From: a virus
Length of the DNA: 42,129 nt
Strand: one strand, 5' to 3'
Virus genome (UHGV): UHGV-0179013
Position numbers and translations under genes: made by a program. The notes under the pieces are model-generated. The model worked only from the letters and a program-made list of their open reading frames with translations, made no database searches and was not told the origin of the DNA. Positions 18,303-26,092 of this stretch are shown here, one piece after another (within the stretch, counting starts at the first letter, position 1; each line of letters opens with the position of its first letter).

Positions 18303-20432
18303 TTATTTCGGCAGGAGTTGCGATATTCGCTTACGTTTGACCGGCGCTGGTTCTTCAATAACCGCACCCGGCAGCTCGTAATTGATTTTTTCTTCCTGTC
18401 CAACTGGCGCTGGCAGGAACTTATCCGGATCGGCTTCGAGGTTGGCGGCCCGGACGTTGAGTTTTAACCCCATATGTTTGAGACCGCACAGCGCGGCATA
18501 GCTGTAAACGAGGCAGTCAAGCGCTTCGTTAGCTCGTCCTGGTATTGCTTCCCAGATACTGTACCGCTGCCCGGAAATGACTTTGTAAACCAGTCGCTCC
18601 GCCAGCAGCTGATTGAAGTACCCGAGATCGCGATCGTCAGGAAAATGCATATAACCCGCAGCGGCGGCGCCAGGTTTGGGTGGCTCAAGATGCAGGCGAC
18701 CGCGTATCACGTCTTTCGCTGAGTTAACCCCCAGAATGACAGGGCGGAAACTGGCTTTGCTTTTCGATGATGGTCGTTTGGTCGGCCAGACAGGATTGCG
18801 TTTGCCTCCCTGTGCAGACTCCCCCTTAATTGCCCAGACACGACGGCCAAGACGCTCTTTGGCGAATTCGTATACCTTCTGCGTATGGTGGCCGCCGGAG
18901 TCCATGCACGTTGCCATGATATTCAGGCCGCGCCCGTCACCACGTCGCCAGATCTGTTTCAGGTATGCATCCAGTCGCTTCCAGGGTTCTTCCGTCTCAA
19001 GGTCACCATAAATAACGTCATGCGCGACCGACCACGATTCTTCATCTCTCCCCCAGCCGGTGATCGTAATTTCGAAGCGATCGTCCTGGGTATCAACTCC
19101 AGCTGTTAACAATGCCACCCCGTCCGGAACGACGGCCGGAAATATTTCCCGGCGCGCCAGCAGAACATCAACAGGGAGCTGTTTCCCATGATTAGGTCGG
19201 TGCGGAAGCCCCATCTGGGTATTCCACCACGCCTGTTCCTTATCCGGATCGCCCTTCGCATCGATATATTTTTTCGCAATATCCGACGGCTTATCTTTTT
19301 GCCAGGGGCTGAAAAGCTTGGATGCCTGGTACCCCACGTGGTGGTTATCGACTGCCTCCTTTCCACAGGAGGGGCAGATTGCGCGATAGACCGCATGCCG
19401 TTCCGACTCTGACCATTGCCAGACCTTTTCAACGCTGCCCTCGTCTGCCGCCCGCCAGGCAAGGTCATAATCCATCAGCGGTGAGTGCCGCTCCCCGCAG
19501 CACTCAAATGGGCGCGTCTGATGCCATCGAATAGTTTGCAGAGCTCTGAGGCGCTGTCCTTCGGACCAGCCACTACCACAGCATTCGCAATAGAGCATCG
19601 CCGATTTAGTCAGGTGTTTATCTCCCTCTTTCGGCCACTGAACGTGTTTGAAAAAGTCGGGGAACTGGCGGTGGCCACAGTGCGGGCAAACCACAGATGC
19701 CCGGCGCTGATCGGAGTCGGCGTAGCTGTCAGCAATGCGGCTCTCATCCTCCACCGTCGGCGAACAGGCGCGTACAGACAGCCAGGTCAGGCCAAATGTC
19801 GCTGTACGCTCTTCGGCCAGCGCAATTGGATCGCCTTCGCGGGTTATCGGGTACTTGTCCACTTCATCCGCCAGCAGGACACGAATCGGACGACGCGCAA
19901 GGTTATCAGGGCTACCAGCACCCGCCAGCGCCAGAAATCCGCCAGTGAACGCCTTGTAAAGAATGGTTTCTTTCGAGCTTTTCTGTTTCGAATCACCGAT
20001 GATTTTACGCAGTACCGGCGTCACCCTTACCAGCGGGCTAATACGCTCTTTCGAAAACTGTTCAGCGGCTTCTTCTTTCGGCTGCAGCAGCAGTATCGGA
20101 CAAGGATCGAGGTGGGCAAAATAGCCAAAAAGGTTTTCCAGCAGTGCTGTCTTCATCAACTGGGTACAGCACATTACAGTGATGATATGAACCCCGGACT
20201 CCGTCGCGGCAAGCATCGGTCCGCGGGCAATTTCTACCGTCGATGTTTCCCAGTTTCCCGAAGTGCTCCCAGCCTCTTTTGCCAGCTTACGATAGTCATC
20301 TGCCCACTGCGGCACACTGATACGCGGCGGGGGTGTCCAGCCTTTGCGGACGCTTAATTCAAGACGCTCAATCTTCTGCCGGGTTAAACTCTGGCTCTCC
20401 GAGGACTGAGATGTGTTTGTGGACATGTTCAA
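18303..20432 (-). CDS. Terminase large subunit, lambda gpA family
   Basis: 709 aa; N-terminal WADDYRKL and C-terminal NEALDCLVYSYAALCGL parallel lambda A (EWADANYYL ... NEALDCFVYALAAL). Confidence 0.9.
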   Translation of the reverse strand: MNMSTNTSQSSESQSLTRQKIERLELSVRKGWTPPPRISVPQWADDYRKLAKEAGSTSGNWETSTVEIARGPMLAATESGVHIITVMCCTQLMKTALLENLFGYFAHLDPCPILLLQPKEEAAEQFSKERISPLVRVTPVLRKIIGDSKQKSSKETILYKAFTGGFLALAGAGSPDNLARRPIRVLLADEVDKYPITREGDPIALAEERTATFGLTWLSVRACSPTVEDESRIADSYADSDQRRASVVCPHCGHRQFPDFFKHVQWPKEGDKHLTKSAMLYCECCGSGWSEGQRLRALQTIRWHQTRPFECCGERHSPLMDYDLAWRAADEGSVEKVWQWSESERHAVYRAICPSCGKEAVDNHHVGYQASKLFSPWQKDKPSDIAKKYIDAKGDPDKEQAWWNTQMGLPHRPNHGKQLPVDVLLARREIFPAVVPDGVALLTAGVDTQDDRFEITITGWGRDEESWSVAHDVIYGDLETEEPWKRLDAYLKQIWRRGDGRGLNIMATCMDSGGHHTQKVYEFAKERLGRRVWAIKGESAQGGKRNPVWPTKRPSSKSKASFRPVILGVNSAKDVIRGRLHLEPPKPGAAAAGYMHFPDDRDLGYFNQLLAERLVYKVISGQRYSIWEAIPGRANEALDCLVYSYAALCGLKHMGLKLNVRAANLEADPDKFLPAPVGQEEKINYELPGAVIEEPAPVKRKRISQLLPK

Positions 20433-20937
20433 TCAGCACCTCTGTCATCCTGTCCGCCGGTACATCCAGATCAGCAGCCATTAGCGGCGCCACCCTGGAC
20501 GGCCAGTTAAGCCAGGCATCACGCTGTTGGCGAAAGGCGTTGAATAAAACCTCCTCGGCTGCTGTCAGCTCAATAAGCTGGCCGCTGTCTTTTTCATACT
20601 GCAGCTTTGCCTGCAGGGCCATGTAATTCTCGCGGATACGTCCCGCTTCCTCTCTCGAAAGATCTGCCCCTTCAGTGAGCATTATCTGGCGGACAGTTTT
20701 ATTGATTTCATCACCGTCATCATCGTTATCGCTAACGACGGGAGTTTTCTTTTTCTTCGCGTTCGAGGCGCGCGGGTCTTTGCCATCGCGGTTTTTCTTC
20801 AATGCCGCATCGCTGGCCTCTACGTCAATCAGGTCTCCGTCCATCACAATGAAGCGCCCGGCTTTAATCCACCGGCCAATTGTTTTGCGATCCACACCTG
20901 AATGTTGTGCGTACTGACTCTGGTTCATCGTGGTCAT
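20368..20937 (-). CDS. Terminase small subunit, lambda Nu1-like, N-terminal HTH
   Basis: 189 aa; N-terminal MNQSQYAQHSGVDRKTIGRWIKAG parallels Nu1 VNKKQLADIFGASIRTIQNWQEQG; upstream TGGGACA repeat array. Confidence 0.7.
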   Translation of the reverse strand: MTTMNQSQYAQHSGVDRKTIGRWIKAGRFIVMDGDLIDVEASDAALKKNRDGKDPRASNAKKKKTPVVSDNDDDGDEINKTVRQIMLTEGADLSREEAGRIRENYMALQAKLQYEKDSGQLIELTAAEEVLFNAFRQQRDAWLNWPSRVAPLMAADLDVPADRMTEVLIEHVHKHISVLGEPEFNPAED

Positions 20938-21084
20938 GGGACATCACCTGGGACATTTTCTGGGGTGGGACATTCGCCTGGGACATTTTCGCAATGTCCC
21001 ACCAGAATGTCCCACTGGAATAAACTGGAATAGCCAGAGCTGGCGAGGTGTCCGTAATGATCGCCAGAGGTGGGACATGGGACA
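20937..21084. repeat. cosB-like repeat array: six direct TGGGACA heptamers and two inverted TGTCCCA copies immediately upstream of the terminase small subunit gene
   Basis: TGGGACA at 20937, 20949, 20966, 20979, 21071, 21078; TGTCCCA at 20995 and 21008; the 14-mer CCTGGGACATTTTC occurs twice. Confidence 0.55.
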
Positions 21085-21227
21085 CAAATCTGAAAGTTGT
21101 AGCTAGGAAAACACCGCGGCGCGCAATGCCCGTACCTTACAAAAGTCTCAGGAAGGACCCATTTTTTTAATGGCTTCGACCATTCGCTCCGACTATGATT
21201 ATTCCTATTCAATACAAGGAGAATGTA

Positions 21228-21731
21228 ATGGGTAACAATATAATCAAAATAACTTTCGTAGCCGCAGTGCTGGCATCACCAATTGCTCATGCCCAGTGGG
21301 TAACTAATACTGAAGATGACCTTTTCTCTGGTGGTAAGAAAGCAATGATGCTTGGCGAGGTTTCATCCGACAATGGCGCCATTGTGTTTGACTGCACTAA
21401 AGAAAAGCTATCGGCGGCATACGTTGAAATGGATAAAAGCACCGAATCACTATCAGAGGTACCAATGGACCTGATAATGAAGGTCGACGGGAATACCGCA
21501 GCGAAGCTCGATGCTACCCTTTCAAGACGTAATGTTCAGAGCCTCCAGATTCAATCGGATGACACGGACCAACTAAAAACAGTGCTTAAGCAGCTTCAGG
21601 GGGCGAAATCCAAAGTGTTAGTTGGTGTGCAAACAAAGGATGGCGGAAACCAGCATTCCATGTCAGCCAATGTTTCTGGATCGACAACTGCAGTAAACAG
21701 CTTCATAAAAGCTTGCGAAATTAGCTTATAA
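21228..21731 (+). CDS. Secreted/periplasmic protein of unknown function (moron); Sec signal peptide
   Basis: ATG at 21228 with AAGGAG RBS; N-terminus MGNNIIKITFVAAVLASPIAHA-QW has n/h/c regions and an AHA cleavage motif; plus strand within a minus-strand late region; AT-rich. Confidence 0.6.
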   Translation: MGNNIIKITFVAAVLASPIAHAQWVTNTEDDLFSGGKKAMMLGEVSSDNGAIVFDCTKEKLSAAYVEMDKSTESLSEVPMDLIMKVDGNTAAKLDATLSRRNVQSLQIQSDDTDQLKTVLKQLQGAKSKVLVGVQTKDGGNQHSMSANVSGSTTAVNSFIKACEISL

Positions 21732-21741
21732 GTTACTGCTT

Positions 21742-22389
21742 TTATTTTGCCGTCCTGATGGCTTCTGCTATCGCCTGATTTAAAGCAGACGGTAGCAGTG
21801 CGTTCGCCATGGTATGGGACCTATCCATATACCCCAGCACTGGAGTCACAGGTAGCGCATCACCAAACCGGATCAAAAGCTTTGGAGAACGCTGTTTGCG
21901 TTTCGGTCTTCGCGTCCCGTTAGCGGAACGTTTGGCCCGTCGCTTCTTAGCTTTCATCGGCTTCTTACGCTGCCAGACAGCGTTAACGCCATCAACCTCA
22001 CCTACGAATACATTTTCCTTTGTTTTAAGCTGTGAGAGCTTATTACGCGGCATGTTGCCGTATTTGTTTAGCTTAACGTTCTTGGGATTTAATAGAGCCT
22101 GGCTATTGAGCTTGTGCTCTCCGCCAAACTCGAATGGTTCCAGATAACCAGCAGCGGTATCGCGGACAAAAACCTTTGCGGTCAGATTGTTCTTTCTTGC
22201 CGCCACCGAACCAACTGATTTAACGGTAAACGGCGTGGGGCTCTCCAGATGTCGTTCGAATGCCGTCTTCTGAGCCAACTCAATCTGGCGTACAACTTTT
22301 GTCATCGCCTGAGCTGTGGCAAACGGGATTTGCTTTTGCAGTTGCTTTAACTGGTTTGATAAATCCTTCAGTGTTGCCATATCAGTCAC
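21742..22389 (-). CDS. Hypothetical phage protein with basic Lys/Arg-rich C-terminal region
   Basis: 215 aa ORF; KKPMKAKKRRAKRSANGTRRPKRKQRSPK tract; function not recognised. Confidence 0.4.
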   Translation of the reverse strand: MTDMATLKDLSNQLKQLQKQIPFATAQAMTKVVRQIELAQKTAFERHLESPTPFTVKSVGSVAARKNNLTAKVFVRDTAAGYLEPFEFGGEHKLNSQALLNPKNVKLNKYGNMPRNKLSQLKTKENVFVGEVDGVNAVWQRKKPMKAKKRRAKRSANGTRRPKRKQRSPKLLIRFGDALPVTPVLGYMDRSHTMANALLPSALNQAIAEAIRTAK

Positions 22390-22557
22390 CTGTATTTACT
22401 GCCTATTCTTCAGCATTATCGATTACAGTTACTGTCTGAATATCAGGATGTTACTTATCGTTGAGTCTGGGTAAGGTAATGGCTCAGCCCGTCAGCGGTG
22501 GGACGTTGGCGTACCAGCCTTGAGAGGAGTGCTGATTGCCTCTTGATAAGGAGACTT

Positions 22558-22827
22558 ATGCAATTTCTTCACAAACGAATGCACCTGAATGCAGGTGATG
22601 TCGTTGTTGTTGACTGCTCGCACCAGTGCAACATCCTTCTCACTACCGACAGTAACTTCAATAGTTATAAAAATAACCGGGGTTTTCATCATCATGGTGG
22701 TGGTGGTTTCTTCGAGAGACTTCCGACCCGGTTGGTTGCGCCTCATATGGGATACTGGAACGTTACGATTGATTTAGGTGGTGGCTCAGGAAATGTCACT
22801 CACAGCATCAGAGTCATTCCAGCATAA
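22558..22827 (+). CDS. Hypothetical small protein (89 aa), plus-strand moron
   Basis: ATG at 22558 preceded by AAGGAG with 8-nt spacing; overlaps antisense ORF 22492-22746, which I consider the shadow. Confidence 0.4.
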   Translation: MQFLHKRMHLNAGDVVVVDCSHQCNILLTTDSNFNSYKNNRGFHHHGGGGFFERLPTRLVAPHMGYWNVTIDLGGGSGNVTHSIRVIPA

Positions 22828-22983
22828 TAACTCACCCTTTGCCTGAGCTAAGGCATCCTCAAGGGCGGCAATAATCTTTTGCTGTACGCCGTCCTTAATA
22901 TAACTCCTGCAGGCCACACCTTCAGATGTTTCATTATCACGCATCCAGATAACTTTGGAGTTGTGTTCAACTAAAATTTTCAT
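22786..22983 (-). CDS. Hypothetical small protein (65 aa)
   Basis: ATG with GGGG-containing RBS; 3' end overlaps the convergent plus-strand ORF by 42 nt, so one of the two may be wrong. Confidence 0.3.
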   Translation of the reverse strand: MKILVEHNSKVIWMRDNETSEGVACRSYIKDGVQQKIIAALEDALAQAKGELLCWNDSDAVSDIS

Positions 22984-23022
22984 GATTTTTACCCCGTCGT
23001 TAACAATGATAATAAAGCATTA

Positions 23023-23054
23023 TCGCAGACACTCAGGGAATGCCTGCTGTAATG
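23023..23054. repeat. 32-bp direct repeat copy R1 (TCGCAGACACTCAGGGAATGCCTGCTGTAATG)
   Basis: 30 of 32 identical to copy R2 at 24041-24072; both lie 2-6 nt downstream of a minus-strand stop codon. Confidence 0.7.
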
Positions 23055-23060
23055 TCGCGA

Positions 23061-23585
23061 TCAGCCAATCAACAATTCTGGCTGCGTCACCTGCATGATG
23101 TGCTCATGCTCCAGTGCCAGGACGCGCTTTTCCTTCTTGCGTTCGTTCATTAAACGACTGCCGATCGTGCCTTTCAGCTTCGAGCGTGTTTCTTTGATGG
23201 CATAGCGGTGCTGCATTTCTTCGCCCATCGCCATGCGTCGGCTAAGTTGTTCGGACATCCAGTTGAATGCTGAGATATAACTCTCTTTGATTGCTGCAGC
23301 AGCTCTCCCAGTGAATCCCATCACAACCATGATCCAGCCATCTCTTGTCAGGCTGTACATCGGGCGAACCTTACCCTGCTCATCGATATAATCAGCCGAC
23401 GCAAAATTGCGTTGGCCAAACTCACTCGAGCAATCGGACTTAACCTGCTCGATTTTCCTGAGCACATCGCCGTGTCGCTTGCCGAAGTACTTGGCAACTT
23501 TTCTGGAAGTGGTGACGACCTCTCCGTTTTTGGCTTGCACCATTTCGCGGAAGTCGAAGGCCGGAATAACTGACGGATTATTCAT
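23061..23585 (-). CDS. Rha-family phage regulatory protein
   Basis: About 174 aa from ATG at 23585 (MNNPSVIPAFDFREMV ... TSRKVAKYFGKRHGDVLRKIEQ), pattern typical of the Rha N-terminal domain. Confidence 0.65.
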   Translation of the reverse strand: MNNPSVIPAFDFREMVQAKNGEVVTTSRKVAKYFGKRHGDVLRKIEQVKSDCSSEFGQRNFASADYIDEQGKVRPMYSLTRDGWIMVVMGFTGRAAAAIKESYISAFNWMSEQLSRRMAMGEEMQHRYAIKETRSKLKGTIGSRLMNERKKEKRVLALEHEHIMQVTQPELLIG

Positions 23586-23730
23586 AGCGTTTTTACCTTT
23601 TAGAAAGATGAGCCTGTTCGCACAGAAAAGCCGCCCCGAGATGGTCGCCACCATATACGGCAGTTCTCAGGCTCAGCTTTCTGAAAGACTCGGGATTGTC
23701 ATGCGCTGCGATGCGCGGTTTACTGCTGGT

Positions 23731-23756
23731 ATAAAAAAGCCTCGCAATTGCGAGGC
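23731..23756 (-). terminator. Intrinsic terminator (hairpin GCCTCGCAATTGCGAGGC followed by T6)
   Basis: Perfect 7-bp stem with 4-nt loop followed on the minus strand by TTTTTTAT; 26 nt downstream of the zinc-ribbon ORF stop. Confidence 0.7.
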
Positions 23757-23781
23757 CTGGGGTTATTTGTATCGCGACCCA

Positions 23782-23946
23782 CTACCTGTGAATGACAAAC
23801 AGAGATTTACATTTAGGGCAAAGTAACGCCTGTTGTTGGCGTACTTTCGTGGTCGAGTGTGTGGATTTATGTCCGCATATCGGGCACATGACAGTCGTAT
23901 TGGCTGCAAGCCCAACACGCTGCATTGCATAATCGAAAAATGACAT
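23782..23946 (-). CDS. Unannotated small zinc-ribbon protein (54 aa): MSFFDYAMQRVGLAANTTVMCPICGHKSTHSTTKVRQQQALLCPKCKSLFVIHR
   Basis: Hand-translated ORF below the 60-aa cutoff of the ORF track; CPxC-N18-CPxC motif; followed by a strong intrinsic terminator. Confidence 0.45.
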   Translation of the reverse strand: MSFFDYAMQRVGLAANTTVMCPICGHKSTHSTTKVRQQQALLCPKCKSLFVIHR

Positions 23947-24040
23947 GGTGGTTAACCTTTCAATGAATGGGGCTTATTATACCATGCATAGCTCAATTAT
24001 TAATCAATCATCATCGCATGCTTGATGCCATTTAGCTTTG

Positions 24041-24072
24041 TCGCAGGCACTCAGTGAATGCCTGCTGTAATG
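24041..24072. repeat. 32-bp direct repeat copy R2 (TCGCAGGCACTCAGTGAATGCCTGCTGTAATG); contains internal inverted repeat CAGGCA-N9-TGCCTG
   Basis: See R1; copy lies 2 nt after the stop of the 24075-24368 gene. Confidence 0.7.
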
Positions 24073-24074
24073 CC

Positions 24075-24368
24075 TTACTCTTCAACCGCCGCACCTTCCG
24101 GCAACTCAACACAACCAAAGACAGGCATACCCGGCGAACGGTCATCTTCCACCGCTACCAGTTGCGATTCGGAATACCAGCGCTCAGTCGCACATTTATT
24201 GGCGGCCTGGTAGTAAATAAAGTACTGGTTCTCACCTGTCACATGCTGGGAGCGGGCCTGTACCTCGCCGAACTCATCACTAATGCGCAAGTTCACTAGT
24301 TGCCCAAGACAGAATTTAAAGTCTTTTGCTACAGGAAAGATTGCAGCGCCGTTTTGTTCTTTTTCCAT
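24075..24368 (-). CDS. Hypothetical phage protein (97 aa) downstream of lysis cassette
   Basis: ORF with start after the Rz terminator; function not recognised. Confidence 0.4.
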   Translation of the reverse strand: MEKEQNGAAIFPVAKDFKFCLGQLVNLRISDEFGEVQARSQHVTGENQYFIYYQAANKCATERWYSESQLVAVEDDRSPGMPVFGCVELPEGAAVEE

Positions 24369-24380
24369 TACTCCCTCTCT

Positions 24381-24409
24381 TATTGTTAAAGAACCCCGCT
24401 ATTGCGAGG
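24381..24409 (-). terminator. Intrinsic terminator at end of lysis cassette (hairpin CCTCGCAATAGCGGGG plus T-rich tail)
   Basis: Hairpin shares the GCCTCGCAAT core with the terminators at 23739 and 25877; Rz stop codon lies inside the stem. Confidence 0.5.
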
Positions 24410-24941
24410 CTCTTACGTTCTCTATTTCCCGTATTCCGGAAAAATTGCCATTACCCTTTTCTATCGTTGCCAGCAAAGGTTCAATCCAGAGGACGGCCTG
24501 GCAATACGTCATTGAGCTGGCGGCAGCGGTACTATCATCGGTTGCGTTAGTGTTCCCGGTATCGGGGTGCATTGCGCTGGCACGTAAACGGTACGCGTAT
24601 TTGAGCAGCCCACCAGCGACATCAGCAGGAACAGGCAGATCACAGGTCTTTTCACGTCGGAGAATCTCCCGGTATTCGATGACAGTTTTCTCAGTACCGG
24701 CATCGATCAGCGAGTTAAGGCGGTTGGCGTTCTCTGCTATCTGGTTAAACCGATTGAAGTTGAAAGCCTGTGTAGTTATCACCGTCGCCTGCAGCGCGTT
24801 ATCATTACGTAATACCCGATTCTCACTCTGTTCTGTTTCAAGAGCTGAGCGGCTACGAACCAGTAATACGCTAAGCACTGCAATAATGATTACGACAGCC
24901 ACCAGCAGAACCGCAACAATCGTAATTTTTCTGGGTTTCAT
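24399..24941 (-). CDS. Rz-like i-spanin
   Basis: 180 aa; N-terminal transmembrane segment IVAVLLVAVVIIIAVLSVLLV; start overlaps endolysin stop; embedded lipoprotein ORF in another frame. Confidence 0.7.
   Translation of the reverse strand: MKPRKITIVAVLLVAVVIIIAVLSVLLVRSRSALETEQSENRVLRNDNALQATVITTQAFNFNRFNQIAENANRLNSLIDAGTEKTVIEYREILRREKTCDLPVPADVAGGLLKYAYRLRASAMHPDTGNTNATDDSTAAASSMTYCQAVLWIEPLLATIEKGNGNFSGIREIENVRASQ
24509..24703 (-). CDS. Rz1-like o-spanin lipoprotein embedded within Rz
   Basis: Signal peptide with lipobox LVGC followed by proline-rich mature part (VYVPAQCTPIPGTLTQPMIVPLPPAQ); entirely inside Rz in a different frame. Confidence 0.6.
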   Translation of the reverse strand: MPVLRKLSSNTGRFSDVKRPVICLFLLMSLVGCSNTRTVYVPAQCTPIPGTLTQPMIVPLPPAQ

Positions 24942-25513
24942 CAGAATACCCCCGGAACTGATACCGGAATGCCAGGGTTAAGCGGCCCGAGTCCATCCCC
25001 CAGAACCTGAGGTTTCTCTGCCCACAGGCAAACTTCACGCTCAATCTCACGCCTCGTGATTAAACCCTTCCACTGTTTGTCACCAGCATAGATCCAGCGC
25101 CGCAGTTGTTCGCATGCGCCTTTCGAATCACCCTGGTTGATTTTTCGTAACAGTGTGGAGGTTTTGAAGTTTCCCGCGCCTACGTTATACGCAAATGAGT
25201 ACAGCGCCCCTCTCATCGTTTCGGGGATCGGAGCATTGATATATGGGTTAATCTGTCGGGCGACAATATTCAGGTCTTTATCCAGCAGCGCCTGGCACTC
25301 TGCTTTGGTGTAGGTCTTGCCGAGGATAATATCTTTACCAGTATGGCCCCAGCATACAGTCCACACTCCAACAACATCCCGATAAGGCTGATAGCGTACA
25401 CCTTCAAGGCCATCATTACCCGTTGGGCCAGTAATCAACGCCGCAGCGATAGCAATAGCGCCAGCGGGTATCGCTGCAATAACGCTATTCTTCAGCTTTG
25501 GTGGCATAGCCAT
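24941..25513 (-). CDS. SAR endolysin (T4-lysozyme-type muramidase, phage 21 R21-like)
   Basis: N-terminal signal-anchor-release segment [16 protein letters not shown] followed by [10 protein letters not shown] ... [11 protein letters not shown] catalytic region; pattern closely parallels phage 21 endolysin as I recall it. Confidence 0.85.
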   Translation of the reverse strand: MAMPPKLKNSVIAAIPAGAIAIAAALITGPTGNDGLEGVRYQPYRDVVGVWTVCWGHTGKDIILGKTYTKAECQALLDKDLNIVARQINPYINAPIPETMRGALYSFAYNVGAGNFKTSTLLRKINQGDSKGACEQLRRWIYAGDKQWKGLITRREIEREVCLWAEKPQVLGDGLGPLNPGIPVSVPGVF

Positions 25514-25763
25514 TGCGCCGATCCTCCCGTTCTTTCCAGCGGAAATACCAGTTCACTGCACACGTAATAACAGTGCATGCGATACCGACAATAATTGCCC
25601 AGTCGCTCAGGCTTAACCCTGCAATTCTGTCGGCCAACATCCAGGACACCTCTTTTGCTGTTTTAGCTGTTTCGGCATATGCCTTCGCTGATACACCGCA
25701 GCCGGTCAGCGTGGTTCCTGTTCCATATGAAAGTCTGCTGTAAATGGTGCTCATTCTGGTCAT
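25485..25763 (-). CDS. Pinholin (phage 21 S21-like) with dual-start motif
   Basis: Two in-frame ATGs three codons apart (M-T-R-M) behind a GAGGTGAGG RBS; transmembrane segment [25 protein letters not shown] then charged tail REDRR, as in S21. Confidence 0.65.
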   Translation of the reverse strand: MTRMSTIYSRLSYGTGTTLTGCGVSAKAYAETAKTAKEVSWMLADRIAGLSLSDWAIIVGIACTVITCAVNWYFRWKEREDRRNGYATKAEE

Positions 25764-25870
25764 AGCCTCACCTCGCATAGTTAGCGGGTGCTGTTTGAGT
25801 AAGGGATCAGGCTTCACGGGCTGGATTTATCAACAAAGCACGCAGTGAGTGATACCCGTGAGCCTGAAAT

Positions 25871-25896
25871 GAAAAAGCCCCGCAGAATTGCGAGGC
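25871..25896 (-). terminator. Intrinsic terminator-like hairpin upstream of holin (candidate tR'-like element)
   Basis: Minus-strand hairpin GCCTCGCAATTCTGCGGGGC followed by TTTTTC; third member of the GCCTCGCAAT hairpin family. Confidence 0.45.
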
Positions 25897-25985
25897 TTTA
25901 TATTTTTGGAAGATTAGATCGACGATATGACAGGGGTACTGGTGCTATGCACCTCGCGAATACCCCTGTCGTATCGCCGGAAAGC

Positions 25986-26010
25986 AAAACCCCCGCACTG
26001 GCAGGGTTTT
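25986..26010. terminator. Bidirectional terminator-like hairpin (AAAACCC-N11-GGGTTTT) at the left edge of the accessory cassette
   Basis: A4/T4 tracts flanking a short GC stem, between the holin-proximal region and the cassette promoter. Confidence 0.3.
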
Positions 26011-26063
26011 GATGATTAAGCTGTGTGACGTAGTAACCACTCTTAACAGATTACGATAGTTTT

Positions 26064-26092
26064 TGCGTACGCGTTAGAGATTTCGTATGCTG
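26064..26092 (+). promoter_or_regulatory. Candidate sigma-70 promoter of the accessory cassette (TTGCGT-17 bp-TATGCT)
   Basis: -35 at 26064-26069, 17-bp spacer, -10 at 26087-26092; about 36 nt upstream of the ATG at 26128. Confidence 0.35.

Noticed and set aside
19485-20357. Plus-strand 290-aa ORF
   Set aside because: Antisense to the terminase large subunit, which has clear lambda gpA-like sequence; Arg-rich shadow frame.
23600-24040. tRNA gene between lysis and Rha modules (common in lambdoid phages)
   Set aside because: No cloverleaf-compatible segment or T-loop GTTCRA motif found by eye; the region instead holds the zinc-ribbon ORF, a terminator and a direct repeat.
24283-24981. Plus-strand 232-aa ORF
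   Set aside because: Antisense to Rz/Rz1 and the end of the endolysin gene; no RBS; composition inconsistent with a real protein.
25931-25968. Inverted repeat CAGGGGTA-N22-TACCCCTG as a regulatory site
   Set aside because: Noted but not called: no adjacent T-run and no obvious relation to a promoter; could be a protein-binding site but evidence is insufficient.
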